Positions 41,234 through 51,463 of a DNA stretch of 52,163 nucleotides are shown here, in pieces. Positions within the stretch are counted from its first letter, which is position 1, and the number at the start of each line of letters is the position of its first letter. The notes under the pieces are model-generated. The model ran no database searches. It was given only the letters and a program-made list of their open reading frames with translations, and had not been told where the DNA came from. This stretch comes from Actinomycetota bacterium (GTDB lineage Bacteria > Actinomycetota > Actinomycetes > Nanopelagicales > Nanopelagicaceae): the NCBI GenBank assembly GCA_009927575.1, contig RFMS01000123.1, positions 1-52,163 on the forward strand, given 5' to 3'. A program made the translations under genes and the position numbers.

Positions 41234-44200
41234 GAAACTTTAGGTTGCGGACCTGCTCCAACATTTCCGTAACGATGGTTTGTTATCGCAATACTTTGTT
41301 CACGTAGCCAGCGAGTGAGCTCAACTCCTCCAGTTTGGGCAATCGGTCGTGAATCGAGAGAAATTCCTCGGTCTAAAAGCTCTACTGCAGGAGCTGTTTC
41401 GCCGCTAAGCCAACGAACTTTTGAAATCTTTCGTTGATCAATAAATTCAAGTAATTCGACGATAGATTCATGCTCGCTTGCCACAATGGAAATGCCGTGT
41501 TCATGGGAGAGCCACTCGACGAATGCTCGCTCTTCATGCGATGTAGACGAATCAAATCTCACAACAATTTCTCCGTCATAGCGTAAAAATCGCTGATAAT
41601 TTCGTTCGACTTCTAGCCCGGCGCACTCTCGCGCTTTCGAACCAGTTCGCTCCCACCAAATCACTGCACCACGTTTTGTGGAATTTACGTCTTGAACCAA
41701 ATTCCAATTTCTTAGTTGTTCTACATAATGTGGTCCGCCAGCTTTTGATGTTGCACCAACGCTACTTCGCTTCCATCCGCCAAATGGTTGGCGATTCACA
41801 ATAGCGCCTGTAATTCCACGATTAATATAAAGATTTCCGGCTTGTACTTTATTGATCCATTCCTCGCACTCTTGAGTATTTAATGAGTGAATTCCTGCAG
41901 TAAGACCATATGGAACATCACTCTGCCACGCAATTGCACGCTCTAAATTTGGAGCTTTCATGACTCCAAGAACTGGTCCAAACCATTCATTGTGATGGCT
42001 CCATGATCCTGGTTTTACACCAACTTTTACCCCTGGTCGCCAGAGATGACCAGCGTCATCTAATTGTTGTGGCGCTACAAGCCATGACTCATCATCATCT
42101 AACGTTGTGAGTGCGCGGTGTAATGCACCTTCGGCCGGTCGAATTATTGGTCCAACAGTTGTTCCAAAATCCATGCCAGAACCAACACTTAAACTTGTGA
42201 CTGCATCCTCTAGTTGTCGAATAAACGATGGATTCTCATAAATGCTTGCTTCGACTATTGCCAGTGATGCAGCACTACATTTCTGGCCAGCATGGCCAAA
42301 CGCAGAAGTAACAAGATCTTTCACTGCCGCATCTATATCTGCGCTGGCAGAGATAATGATGGAGTTCTTTCCACTTGTTTCTGCCATTAATGGCATATCT
42401 GGCTTCCACGATAGGAAGAGACGTGCCGTCTCAAATCCACCAGTGAGAATTACTGAATTGATATCTGAATGCGAAACAAGATATTTCCCATTCTCATCGT
42501 CACGCGACGGAAGGAAGTGAAGAACGTTCTTTGGAACTCCTGCTTGCCACAAGTGATTGACGATAGTCCACGCGACTGCGACGGTTTCTGGTGCAGGCTT
42601 GAGTAATACGGTGTTTCCCGCAGCGAGTGCTGCACAGATTCCTCCCATTGGAATCGCATAAGGAAAGTTCCAGGGTGGTACGACAAGCACAACACCGACT
42701 GGGTGTGAACCTTTCGCCATCGTGACCGCAGAATGTGCGTAATACCGCGCAAAATCAATCGCTTCACTTACTTCAGGATCTGCTTCGGAAACAGTTTTTC
42801 CAGCATCTCGCGCCATCACCGCAATTGTTTGCGCGCGCGCATCAGACATGATTTGTGCAGCGTTGTTTAATATCGCCGAACGCGCTTCTGCGCCAATTCC
42901 ATCCCAATCTGAAACTGCGGCCTTCGCTGATGCAATTGCGCGATCAACATCGCTTCGTTCAATGACAGAATATCGATACCAAGTTTGGCCATTGTTATTC
43001 GGATCAATTCCTGGCTCAGTAATAGTTCCTTGAATCTCTTTTCCATTAACCACTACCGGAATATGAAGGTCAGAAATTGCTTTAATACCCTTTATTGACT
43101 TGGCAATTGCTTGTACCAATTTTGGATCTGTTAAATCGCCATCGCTTTCGTTCTGAAAAAATCCAGCAGGATGGATTGGGGCAACACCATGGCGCAACGA
43201 TTTAGTAGCAATAGTGTGTCGATCTGATAGCGATTTGAGAAAACGTCGCTTCTGTTCGCTAAATTCACTACTAAATGCTTTCATCGTAAAAGACGCTCGA
43301 AGGTAATTTTCTGTCGATGTGTTCTCATCGAGCCGTCGTACCAGATAAGCAACTGCGCTTGGGAAATCTTCTAATTTAGTTACTGGCGTATAGAGAAGAA
43401 CTTTCCCTTGGGATTGTGCAAGTGAGAGAGCTTCAGCATTTGCCATGCCTTCCAACATTTCAATATCGAGTTGTTCAGCAACACCGCGCGCTTTTGCTAC
43501 ATCAATCGCCCAGGCAATATGAAAGAGATTGTGGCTCGCTACGCCAATACGAACTGCTGGGTAATTCTCGGTTCGAAGGGCAGTATCAATAAGTCGGACA
43601 TAACTCGCATCGACATCAGCTTTTGAGCGATAAGGAGCTGGTGAATACCCGTGAAGCTGCGCTTCGGCTTTCTCCATCGCCAAATTAGCGCCTTTCACCA
43701 ACCTAATTTTTATTGTCCCGCCAGCTCGTGCATAACGTGCTCGTGCCCAATCGACTAACTCGTCGAAGTACTCATGTGACTCGGGTAAATAGGCTTGGAG
43801 AACAATTCCAGCATTGAGACGTTCGAATTCTGGTTCATCTAAAATCTCTTTGAATACATCTACTGTTATTGCAAGGTCTCGATACTCTTCCATATCAAGA
43901 TTAATAAAAGCGTTCTTTCGTGCAGCAATCCGGTACAGATCACGCAATCGCTCGCCCACACGCGCAACAGAACCTGCATGATCAATCGTAATAATTTGGC
44001 TAATAATTGATGAGATTTTTACTGATACATAATTTACTTCATCGCGTTGCAACATCTCGGAAACAGATTTAAATCGTTCATGCGCTTCTCGATCGCCGAG
44101 AACGGCTTCGCCAAGGACATTGATATTGAGTTGAGCGCTATCCGCTTTCCGGCGATCAATGTGCTTCGACAATTTCTTTGGTTGAGAGTTGAGGATAATT

Positions 44201-44577
44201 CCATGAGAGGCGATCTCGACGCGCTTTCGAACAATTGCCATTGTGAGTCGAGGTAGTAATAGCGAAATTGGCGCTGCTAATTTAATTCCCAAATAGTCAA
44301 TGACACCCAGTTGAATTGATGCTGCTTTAGCCAACCTGCGAAATGCCTGCGCTGATTTTCTTTTATCTGAAATTCGAATTACTTCATCAGTCAGTCCCAT
44401 AGTTACTGCAACTGCAGCTGGGTCCTTTAATAGCCGAGCAAATCGCTTTCGATTCGCCCGATCTCGACGCTTACGATGTCGATCTGAACTGTTGAGAAAC
44501 GTGACAACTTTTTCACTAGCGCTCTCACCGAGAGCATCGAGCGCAACATCAGTCACGCTGTGAGGATACTCAAACAA
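41230..44577 (-). CDS. putA: bifunctional proline dehydrogenase / L-glutamate gamma-semialdehyde (P5C) dehydrogenase
   Basis: Intact 1115-aa ORF. The N-terminal half is a PRODH barrel. The C-terminal half is an ALDH ([32 protein letters not shown]). Confidence 0.85.
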   Translation of the reverse strand: MFEYPHSVTDVALDALGESASEKVVTFLNSSDRHRKRRDRANRKRFARLLKDPAAVAVTMGLTDEVIRISDKRKSAQAFRRLAKAASIQLGVIDYLGIKLAAPISLLLPRLTMAIVRKRVEIASHGIILNSQPKKLSKHIDRRKADSAQLNINVLGEAVLGDREAHERFKSVSEMLQRDEVNYVSVKISSIISQIITIDHAGSVARVGERLRDLYRIAARKNAFINLDMEEYRDLAITVDVFKEILDEPEFERLNAGIVLQAYLPESHEYFDELVDWARARYARAGGTIKIRLVKGANLAMEKAEAQLHGYSPAPYRSKADVDASYVRLIDTALRTENYPAVRIGVASHNLFHIAWAIDVAKARGVAEQLDIEMLEGMANAEALSLAQSQGKVLLYTPVTKLEDFPSAVAYLVRRLDENTSTENYLRASFTMKAFSSEFSEQKRRFLKSLSDRHTIATKSLRHGVAPIHPAGFFQNESDGDLTDPKLVQAIAKSIKGIKAISDLHIPVVVNGKEIQGTITEPGIDPNNNGQTWYRYSVIERSDVDRAIASAKAAVSDWDGIGAEARSAILNNAAQIMSDARAQTIAVMARDAGKTVSEADPEVSEAIDFARYYAHSAVTMAKGSHPVGVVLVVPPWNFPYAIPMGGICAALAAGNTVLLKPAPETVAVAWTIVNHLWQAGVPKNVLHFLPSRDDENGKYLVSHSDINSVILTGGFETARLFLSWKPDMPLMAETSGKNSIIISASADIDAAVKDLVTSAFGHAGQKCSAASLAIVEASIYENPSFIRQLEDAVTSLSVGSGMDFGTTVGPIIRPAEGALHRALTTLDDDESWLVAPQQLDDAGHLWRPGVKVGVKPGSWSHHNEWFGPVLGVMKAPNLERAIAWQSDVPYGLTAGIHSLNTQECEEWINKVQAGNLYINRGITGAIVNRQPFGGWKRSSVGATSKAGGPHYVEQLRNWNLVQDVNSTKRGAVIWWERTGSKARECAGLEVERNYQRFLRYDGEIVVRFDSSTSHEERAFVEWLSHEHGISIVASEHESIVELLEFIDQRKISKVRWLSGETAPAVELLDRGISLDSRPIAQTGGVELTRWLREQSIAITNHRYGNVGAGPQPKVS

Positions 44578-44603
44578 GACAATGGGTGGTCTAAAGTGGG
44601 CGT

Positions 44604-45422
44604 GTGATTGACCTTTACGCGGACCCGCTCAAAGCTGCTGAAGTAGCGGCAGATGTACTTGCTGAGAAAACCGGAAAAACAGCGCACGATGTCGCGCTCG
44701 TGATGGGTTCGGGTTGGGTCAGCGCAGCCGAAGCGCTCGGTCAACCGACGCATGAATTTCCAGTTACCGAACTCCCTGGCTTTCCTGCCCCCACTGTTGC
44801 CGGGCACGGTGGCGTAATCCGCTCATACGATGTCCAAGGTTCACACGGAACGCTTCGTGCTTTGGTATTTCTTGGTCGCACTCATCTTTATGAAGGAAAA
44901 GGAATTGAACCTGTTGTTCACGGCGTGCGCACTGCAGTGAAAGCAGGTTGTAAGACAGTCGTATTAACAAATGCTTGTGGCGGAATCAATCCGAATTTCT
45001 CTGTTGGTCAACCGGTATTAATTAAAGATCACATCTCATTGACTGCAGTAAGTCCTTTGAGTGGCGCAACCTTTGTTGATCTCACCGATTTATATAGTGC
45101 TCGAATTAGAACGCTAATGAAAAAACTTGACTCCTCTCTTCAAGAAGGTGTTTACGTGCATTGGCGTGGCCCAACATATGAAACACCAGCAGAGATTCGA
45201 ATGATGCGAACAATGGGCGCAGATTTAGTTGGCATGTCAACTGTGCCAGAAGCGATCGCTGCACATGCACTCGGTGCTGAAGTTGTAGGAATATCTCTCG
45301 TCTCTAACGCTGCAGCAGGAATGACAGGCGAGAAATTAAGCCATGACGAAGTAATGGCAGCAGGTAAAGCATCTGCCGATAAAGTCGGCAAACTTCTTGC
45401 CACCCTTCTTCATCAGTTATAA
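44604..45422 (+). CDS. punA: purine nucleoside phosphorylase (trimeric PNP family)
   Basis: 272-aa ORF. VMGSGW, RALVFLGRTHLYEG, YETPAEIRMMRTMGADLVGMSTVPE. Confidence 0.85.
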   Translation: MIDLYADPLKAAEVAADVLAEKTGKTAHDVALVMGSGWVSAAEALGQPTHEFPVTELPGFPAPTVAGHGGVIRSYDVQGSHGTLRALVFLGRTHLYEGKGIEPVVHGVRTAVKAGCKTVVLTNACGGINPNFSVGQPVLIKDHISLTAVSPLSGATFVDLTDLYSARIRTLMKKLDSSLQEGVYVHWRGPTYETPAEIRMMRTMGADLVGMSTVPEAIAAHALGAEVVGISLVSNAAAGMTGEKLSHDEVMAAGKASADKVGKLLATLLHQL

Positions 45423-45439
45423 GAGAACTCGTCATTGCG

Positions 45440-47065
45440 ATGCTGGATCAAAAGTTCATTGACGAAGTTCATGCATGGATCGCTGATGATCCTGATCCGA
45501 AAACTGCTGAACAACTACAGAGTTATCTCACAAGCGGTAACGAAGAAGCTCTTACTCAATGCTTCTCAGGATTTCTCACATTTGGAACAGCAGGTTTACG
45601 CGGCGCATTAGGGCCGGGGCCTTCACATATCAATCGAGCGGTAGTGGGAAGAACTGCCGCTGGGCTAGCGATTTTCATGAAGCGACGCGGTCTTCGTTCA
45701 ATAGTTATTGGTCGAGATGCTCGCCATGGTTCAGATGATTTCGCACGCGATACCGCAGAGATCATGGCTGGCGCTGGTTTTGATGTCCATCTTTTACCAC
45801 GCCCGCTTCCTACGCCAGTTCTCGCGTTTGCTGTTCGGCCATCTTGCAGTTGATGTTGGTTATGGTGACCGCAAGTCACAATCCAGCAACAGACAATGGA
45901 TACAAGGTTTATCTTGGTGGAATTGTTGATGGCATTCCTTACAACGGTTCACAAATCATTTCGCCAATCGATGAAGAGATTTTCTATGACATTCAAAGTG
46001 TGACCTCTCTTAAAAAGTGTTATACGTGGCACGAATTGGAATGTACTCGATGAGAAAATTATTCGAGCATATGTTCATGCAACTGCAGCCATAGTAAAAG
46101 TTCCACGGGATATTAAGGTTGTTTATACGGCAATGCACGGGGTTGGAACTGAAACGCTCCGTTCGGTATTTCATGCAGCTGGTTTTGCAGAGCCAATTCT
46201 GGTGAGCGCACAAGCAGAACCAGATCCAGATTTTCCAACAGCGCCATTTCCGAATCCAGAAGAACCTGGCGCAATTGACCTAGCACTAGAAACGGCGCGT
46301 TCATTTAACGCCGACATTGTCATCGCAAATGATCCAGACGCGGACCGATGTGCCGTAGCAATTAATGATGGACAGTGGCGGATGCTTCGTGGCGATGAAG
46401 TGGGAGCAATTCTCGGTGAATATCTTGCGCGAAAAAATGCGCAAGGTGTTTTCGCTAATTCGATTGTTTCGTCATCTCTTCTCTCAAAAATTGCAGATAA
46501 ATATGGGATTCATTTTGTAGAAACGCTCACAGGTTTTAAATACCTATCAAAAATTCCAAATCTCACCTTCGGCTATGAAGAGGCGTTGGGTTATTGCGTG
46601 GATAACCATTCGGTGAACGATAAAGATGGCATCAGCGCTGGGCTGAAAATCGTTGAGATTGCTGCCGAGCTGAAATCGAAAGGCTCTTCGCTCAGTGAAT
46701 TTTTAACTGAAATTTGGGCTACATATGGCTATTACTTCACCTCCCAGATTTCACTTCGAGCTTCGAATCTGTCGGAGATGGCGAAGGTCATGACAGCGCT
46801 GCGCTCAGCGATGCCACATGAAATTGCCGGATTCAAAGTTTCTCAATTTGCAGACTTGGCACGACCCACCGATGGACTTCCACCAACTGATGGAATTCGA
46901 TTCTGGTTGGGCGATGCGATTCGCATCATCATTCGACCCAGTGGTACTGAACCAAAAATTAAGTGCTACATCGAAATTACCTCACACGGAGATACTGCAC
47001 ATGATCAAGCTATTGCGACGCTTGCTCGATTACAGGGTCCGCTTACCAGCCTGTTAGTAAAGTAG
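45440..47065 (+). pseudogene. phospho-sugar mutase (alpha-D-phosphohexomutase family, PmmB-like; candidate phosphopentomutase); two to three frame breaks (about 45839, about 45860, A5 run 46012-46016)
   Basis: FGTAGLRG, ...LAFAVR / HLAVDVG / [18 protein letters not shown] (active-site Ser loop), ...SLKK / [20 protein letters not shown]..., then ANDPDADR, GEEALGY and RPSGTEPKIK in ORF 46133..47065. Confidence 0.8.
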
Positions 47066-47069
47066 CGAC

Positions 47070-48020
47070 ATGACTTCTGTGCTCGAACATACTGATGGCA
47101 CAGATTCTGGCTTGAAACGTTTTCTGGCAACACTGTCTGGTGTAGATAAAGTCGGTGTTGAAGCTCGAGCGGCAATGCTTGGTACGCGAAGTATTAAAAC
47201 GACAAGTAAAGCATGGGCTATTGATACTGCAATCTCTATGGTGGATTTAACTACCTTAGAAGGAGCAGATACGCCAGGAAAAGTTCGCGCTCTCTGCGAA
47301 AAAGCGATTCGACCAGATCCCACTGATTCGACTGTGCCATCTGTTGGCGCGGTCTGCGTTTACAACGATCTCGTAAAGATTGCTCGAACGCATCTTGATG
47401 ACAATAACGGTGCACGAATTCCCGTTGCTGCGGTTACCACTGCATTTCCTTCTGGCCGTGCGACGATGGCGGTAAAGATTCGCGATACCCATGATGCCCT
47501 TGATGCTGGTGCAACTGAGATTGATATGGTGATTGATCGCGGTGCATTTCTCGCTGGTCGATATGGAGAAGTCTTTGAAGAAATTCGCGCTATCAAAGCC
47601 ATTTGCAAAGATCGAGCCCACCTCAAAGTGATTTTGGAGACCGGTGAACTTGTCACCTATGACAATGTAAAGAAAGCGTCATTTCTTGCGATGATGGCTG
47701 GTGCGGATTTCATCAAAACTAGTACAGGAAAAGTGACGCCAGCAGCTACGCCGCCAGTTGTTCTTACTATGTTGGAAGCTGTTCGCGACTATTACGAGAT
47801 GACAGGTATCCGAATCGGCGTCAAAGCTGCAGGTGGAATCCGCACCACTAAAGATGCCATCAAACAGTTAGTTCTGGTCAACGAAACTGTTGGTAGTGAA
47901 TGGTTATCCCCTACCCTCTTTCGCATTGGTGCAAGCGCGCTACTCAATGATCTCTTGTTGCAACGTATGAAAATGCGAACTGGCCACTACGCTAGTGCAA
48001 ATTACGTGACGGTCGACTAG
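47070..48020 (+). CDS. deoC: deoxyribose-phosphate aldolase (long actinobacterial form)
   Basis: 316-aa ORF. IDMVIDRG, KVILETGEL and FIKTSTGK (Schiff-base Lys) motifs. Confidence 0.85.
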   Translation: MTSVLEHTDGTDSGLKRFLATLSGVDKVGVEARAAMLGTRSIKTTSKAWAIDTAISMVDLTTLEGADTPGKVRALCEKAIRPDPTDSTVPSVGAVCVYNDLVKIARTHLDDNNGARIPVAAVTTAFPSGRATMAVKIRDTHDALDAGATEIDMVIDRGAFLAGRYGEVFEEIRAIKAICKDRAHLKVILETGELVTYDNVKKASFLAMMAGADFIKTSTGKVTPAATPPVVLTMLEAVRDYYEMTGIRIGVKAAGGIRTTKDAIKQLVLVNETVGSEWLSPTLFRIGASALLNDLLLQRMKMRTGHYASANYVTVD

Positions 48021-48030
48021 AAAGTAACTC

Positions 48031-49494
48031 ATGGAATTTACATATGCTGCAGCGCCAGAGTCGCGATCCGTCGTCGATATCGCACCGTCATACAAACTTT
48101 TTATCAATGGTGATTGGGTTGCAGGTAAAGGTGGAACTTTTCCCACAATAAATCCCGCAACTGAAGAAGTACTGAGCAAAATTACTCAAGGGAGCGCATC
48201 AGATATCGATCGTGCAGTAAAAGCTGCACGTAACGCTTACACAAAAATTTGGTCGAAACTGCCAGCGAAAGAGCGTGGAAAATATCTCTTTCGAATTGCA
48301 CGAATTCTCCAAGAACGTGCCCGCGAATTTGCAGTATTAGAGACTCTCAATAATGGAAAACCAATACGCGAATCGCGTGATGTTGATATTCCGCTCGCTG
48401 CAGCACATTTCTTTTATCACGCAGGTTGGGCCGACAAACTCGATTATGCAGGCGTTGGCAAATCACCCAAACCGTACGGAGTTGTTGGTCAAATAATTCC
48501 GTGGAACTTCCCACTCTTGATGTTGGCTTGGAAGATTGCACCAGCGCTAGCAACTGGAAACACGGTCGTTCTTAAGCCAGCTGAAACAACACCACTTACC
48601 GCTCTCTTATTCGCAGAAGTTTGCCAACAAGCAGATCTTCCAGATGGCGTCGTCAATATCGTTACTGGAGACGGACGTACAGGAGCAGCGCTCGTAAACC
48701 ATCCAGGCATCGACAAGATTGCATTTACCGGCTCAACCGAGGTCGGAAAGATTATTGCGCGCGCAATTGCCGGAACAGAGAAGAAAGCAACGCTTGAACT
48801 CGGCGGTAAAGCCGCAAATATCATCTATGACGATGCTGCGATTGATCAGGCAGTTGAAGGAATTATTAATGGCATCTTCTTTAACCAAGGCCACGTGTGC
48901 TGTGCAGGATCTCGATTACTTGTTCAAGAGAGTGTTTATGGAACGGTGCTCGATAAGTTACAAGAACGTATGGCAAAGATTCGAGTTGGCGATCCAATGG
49001 ATAAGAACACAGATCTTGGTGCAATCAATTCCGCGGCACAATTAGCGAAGATCAAAGAACTCACATCAGCTGGCGATAGTGAAGGTGCAACTCGTTGGAG
49101 CTCACCATGTGAACTTCCAGAAAAGGGTTTCTGGTTTGCGCCAACAATTTTTACCGGCGTTACTGAAAGCCATCGAATTGCTAGAGAAGAGATTTTTGGT
49201 CCTGTGCTCTCCGTTCTGACATTCCGAACGCCTGCAGAAGCAATTGAGAAAGCAAATGCGACTCCATATGGACTTTCCGCAGGTATCTGGAGTGAGAAGA
49301 GTTCGAAAATTTTATGGACGGCACAGAACCTTCGAGCCGGCGTCATTTGGTCAAATACATTTAATAAATTCGATCCCGCATCTCCTTTTGGTGGTTATAA
49401 AGAATCTGGTTGGGGCCGTGAAGGTGGCCGCCATGGCTTGCATGGATATTTGCTCACCACTCAGAAATCTCACTCCCAGAAAGGTGGCAAGTAA
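48031..49494 (+). CDS. NAD(P)-dependent aldehyde dehydrogenase
   Basis: 487-aa ORF with the full ALDH motif set: IIPWNFPLLM, VVLKPAE, FTGSTEVG, ELGGKAANII, NQGHVCCAGSRLLV, EEIFGPV. Confidence 0.85.
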   Translation: MEFTYAAAPESRSVVDIAPSYKLFINGDWVAGKGGTFPTINPATEEVLSKITQGSASDIDRAVKAARNAYTKIWSKLPAKERGKYLFRIARILQERAREFAVLETLNNGKPIRESRDVDIPLAAAHFFYHAGWADKLDYAGVGKSPKPYGVVGQIIPWNFPLLMLAWKIAPALATGNTVVLKPAETTPLTALLFAEVCQQADLPDGVVNIVTGDGRTGAALVNHPGIDKIAFTGSTEVGKIIARAIAGTEKKATLELGGKAANIIYDDAAIDQAVEGIINGIFFNQGHVCCAGSRLLVQESVYGTVLDKLQERMAKIRVGDPMDKNTDLGAINSAAQLAKIKELTSAGDSEGATRWSSPCELPEKGFWFAPTIFTGVTESHRIAREEIFGPVLSVLTFRTPAEAIEKANATPYGLSAGIWSEKSSKILWTAQNLRAGVIWSNTFNKFDPASPFGGYKESGWGREGGRHGLHGYLLTTQKSHSQKGGK

Positions 49495-50330
49495 TGCGCC
49501 TTGATGTGAAGAAAACTTACAAACTCTTTATCGGTGGCCAATTTCCACGAAGTGAATCTGGTCGAAGTTACGAAATTACTTCGCCGAAAGGTGTTTTCTT
49601 AGCTAATGCAGCGCAAGCATCTCGCAAAGATCTTCGCGATGCGGTAACTGCAGCACGCTCTGCTTTCAGTAACTGGTCGCAAGCAACTGCATTCAATCGT
49701 GGCCAAATTCTTTATCGAATTGCTGAGATTATGGAAGGTCGCCGCGATCAATTTATCGCGGAAATAGTTGCCTGCGAAGGAGTTAACACTAAAAAAGCTT
49801 CAGAGCAGGTCGATGCAGCAATTGATCTCTGGGTTTGGTACGCAGGATGGTGCGATAAATACATCTCGGTAGCCGGAAGTCAGAACCCGATTGCTGGACC
49901 GTTCTATAACTTCACTACCCCAGAAGCGCTAGGTGTCATCGGCGCGATTGCTGATCAAAAAAGTTCTCTTGTGGGATTAGTACAGAGCATTGCCCCAATC
50001 ATCACTAGTGGAAATTCTGCTCTCATCATCGCCAATGAAAAGTCGCCATTATCTGCAATCACATTAAGTGAAGTATTAGCTACCAGCGATCTCCATGCTG
50101 GTGTCGTAAATATCTTGACCGGAAAAGTGGCAGAACTTGCGCCATGGATGGCATCTCATATGGATATTGACGGCATAGATCTATCTGGCGCGCCACGTAA
50201 AAGCGCCACAGAGTTAAAAACTTTGGCCGCAGATAATTTAAAACGTTGCCATCACTTTACTGGCGAATCGCTAGAGAGAATCCTCGCTTTTACAGAATCA
50301 AAAACTGTCTGGCACCCAATCGGGGTTTAA
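49494..50330 (+). CDS. aldehyde dehydrogenase-like protein lacking the catalytic domain (278 aa)
   Basis: TAATG overlap with the preceding ALDH. It aligns by eye to the ALDH N-terminal/NAD-binding half ([18 protein letters not shown]), but WNFP, KPAE, ELGGK and the catalytic Cys loop are absent or degenerate. It ends with an ALDH-type tail ([11 protein letters not shown]). Confidence 0.65.
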   Translation: MRLDVKKTYKLFIGGQFPRSESGRSYEITSPKGVFLANAAQASRKDLRDAVTAARSAFSNWSQATAFNRGQILYRIAEIMEGRRDQFIAEIVACEGVNTKKASEQVDAAIDLWVWYAGWCDKYISVAGSQNPIAGPFYNFTTPEALGVIGAIADQKSSLVGLVQSIAPIITSGNSALIIANEKSPLSAITLSEVLATSDLHAGVVNILTGKVAELAPWMASHMDIDGIDLSGAPRKSATELKTLAADNLKRCHHFTGESLERILAFTESKTVWHPIGV

Positions 50331-51423
50331 CGCTCACTCGCTATAGCTGCGTAAGCGGGCTTCACTACTTTTTCAATTATTGCCAGCCGTTCTTCGAATG
50401 GAATAAATGCGCTCTTCAGAGCATTAACGGTAACGCGCTGTAAGTCAGTAAAAGTCCAGCCAAATGCCGAAACTACTTCTTCCATTTCATGACTCATCGA
50501 CGTCCTACTCATTAATCGATTATCAGTATTCAACGTAACTCGGAAACGAAGTTGTGAGAGCACACCAATTGGATGATCCTTAATTGATTTCGCCGCACCA
50601 GTTTGTAGATTTGATGTAGGGCAGAGTTCGAGTGGAATTCTTCGATCTCGCACATACGATGCAAGTCGACCTAACACCGGCTTACCTGAAGAGAAATCAA
50701 TATCGTCGATAATTCGAACGCCATGACCTAACCGTTCTGCGCCGCAGTGTTGAATCGCTTCCCAGATTGATGGCAGACCATATGCCTCACCTGCGTGGAT
50801 AGTGAAGTGAGCATTTTCTCTTCGGAGATACTCGAATGTTTCTAATTGATTTGTGGGTGGAAATCCATCCTCGGGGCCAGCGATATCAAAACCCACGACT
50901 CCCGCATCTCGATATTTCACAACAGCTTCCGCGGCTTCTTGCGAACGATTGTTCTGACGCATTCCGCAAGAATTGATTCAACCCGAATTGTTCGACCTTC
51001 GCGCGCAGCCTCTGCCATTCCTTGTTTATAACCTTCAACAGTTGCTTCAACGACATCATTCAGCGAAAGTGATTGCTCGGTAAAAAGTTCTGGTGCGCCA
51101 CGCACTTCGGCATAGACAACACCATCTCGCGCTAAATCAACGACGCACTCTCGAGCAACACGTTCAATTGCTTCACGAGTTTGCATGACTGCGATGGTGT
51201 GGCTAAATGTCTCGAGATAACGGACAAGTGAGCCAGAATCGCATGACTCTTGAAACCAATCAGCTAATTGTGCTGGATCATGAGTAGGTAATTTTGTGTA
51301 ACCAATTGCTTCAGCAAGTTCAATAATAGTTTCAGTGCGAAGTCCACCATCTAGATGATCATGGAGAAGCGCTTTAGGCAGGCGAGAAATCTGTTCTGCA
51401 GTGGGGCGTGAATCCATCGCCAT
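50327..51423 (-). pseudogene. add: adenosine deaminase; frame broken near 50968 (1-nt deletion)
   Basis: LPKALLHDHLDGGLR N-terminus. ...RVESIL / [14 protein letters not shown]... joins ORFs 50917..51423 and 50327..50962 ([16 protein letters not shown]). Confidence 0.9.
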
Positions 51424-51463
51424 GAACTATTCCTACCTTCTCACAATCGCAGACGTGCCCATT

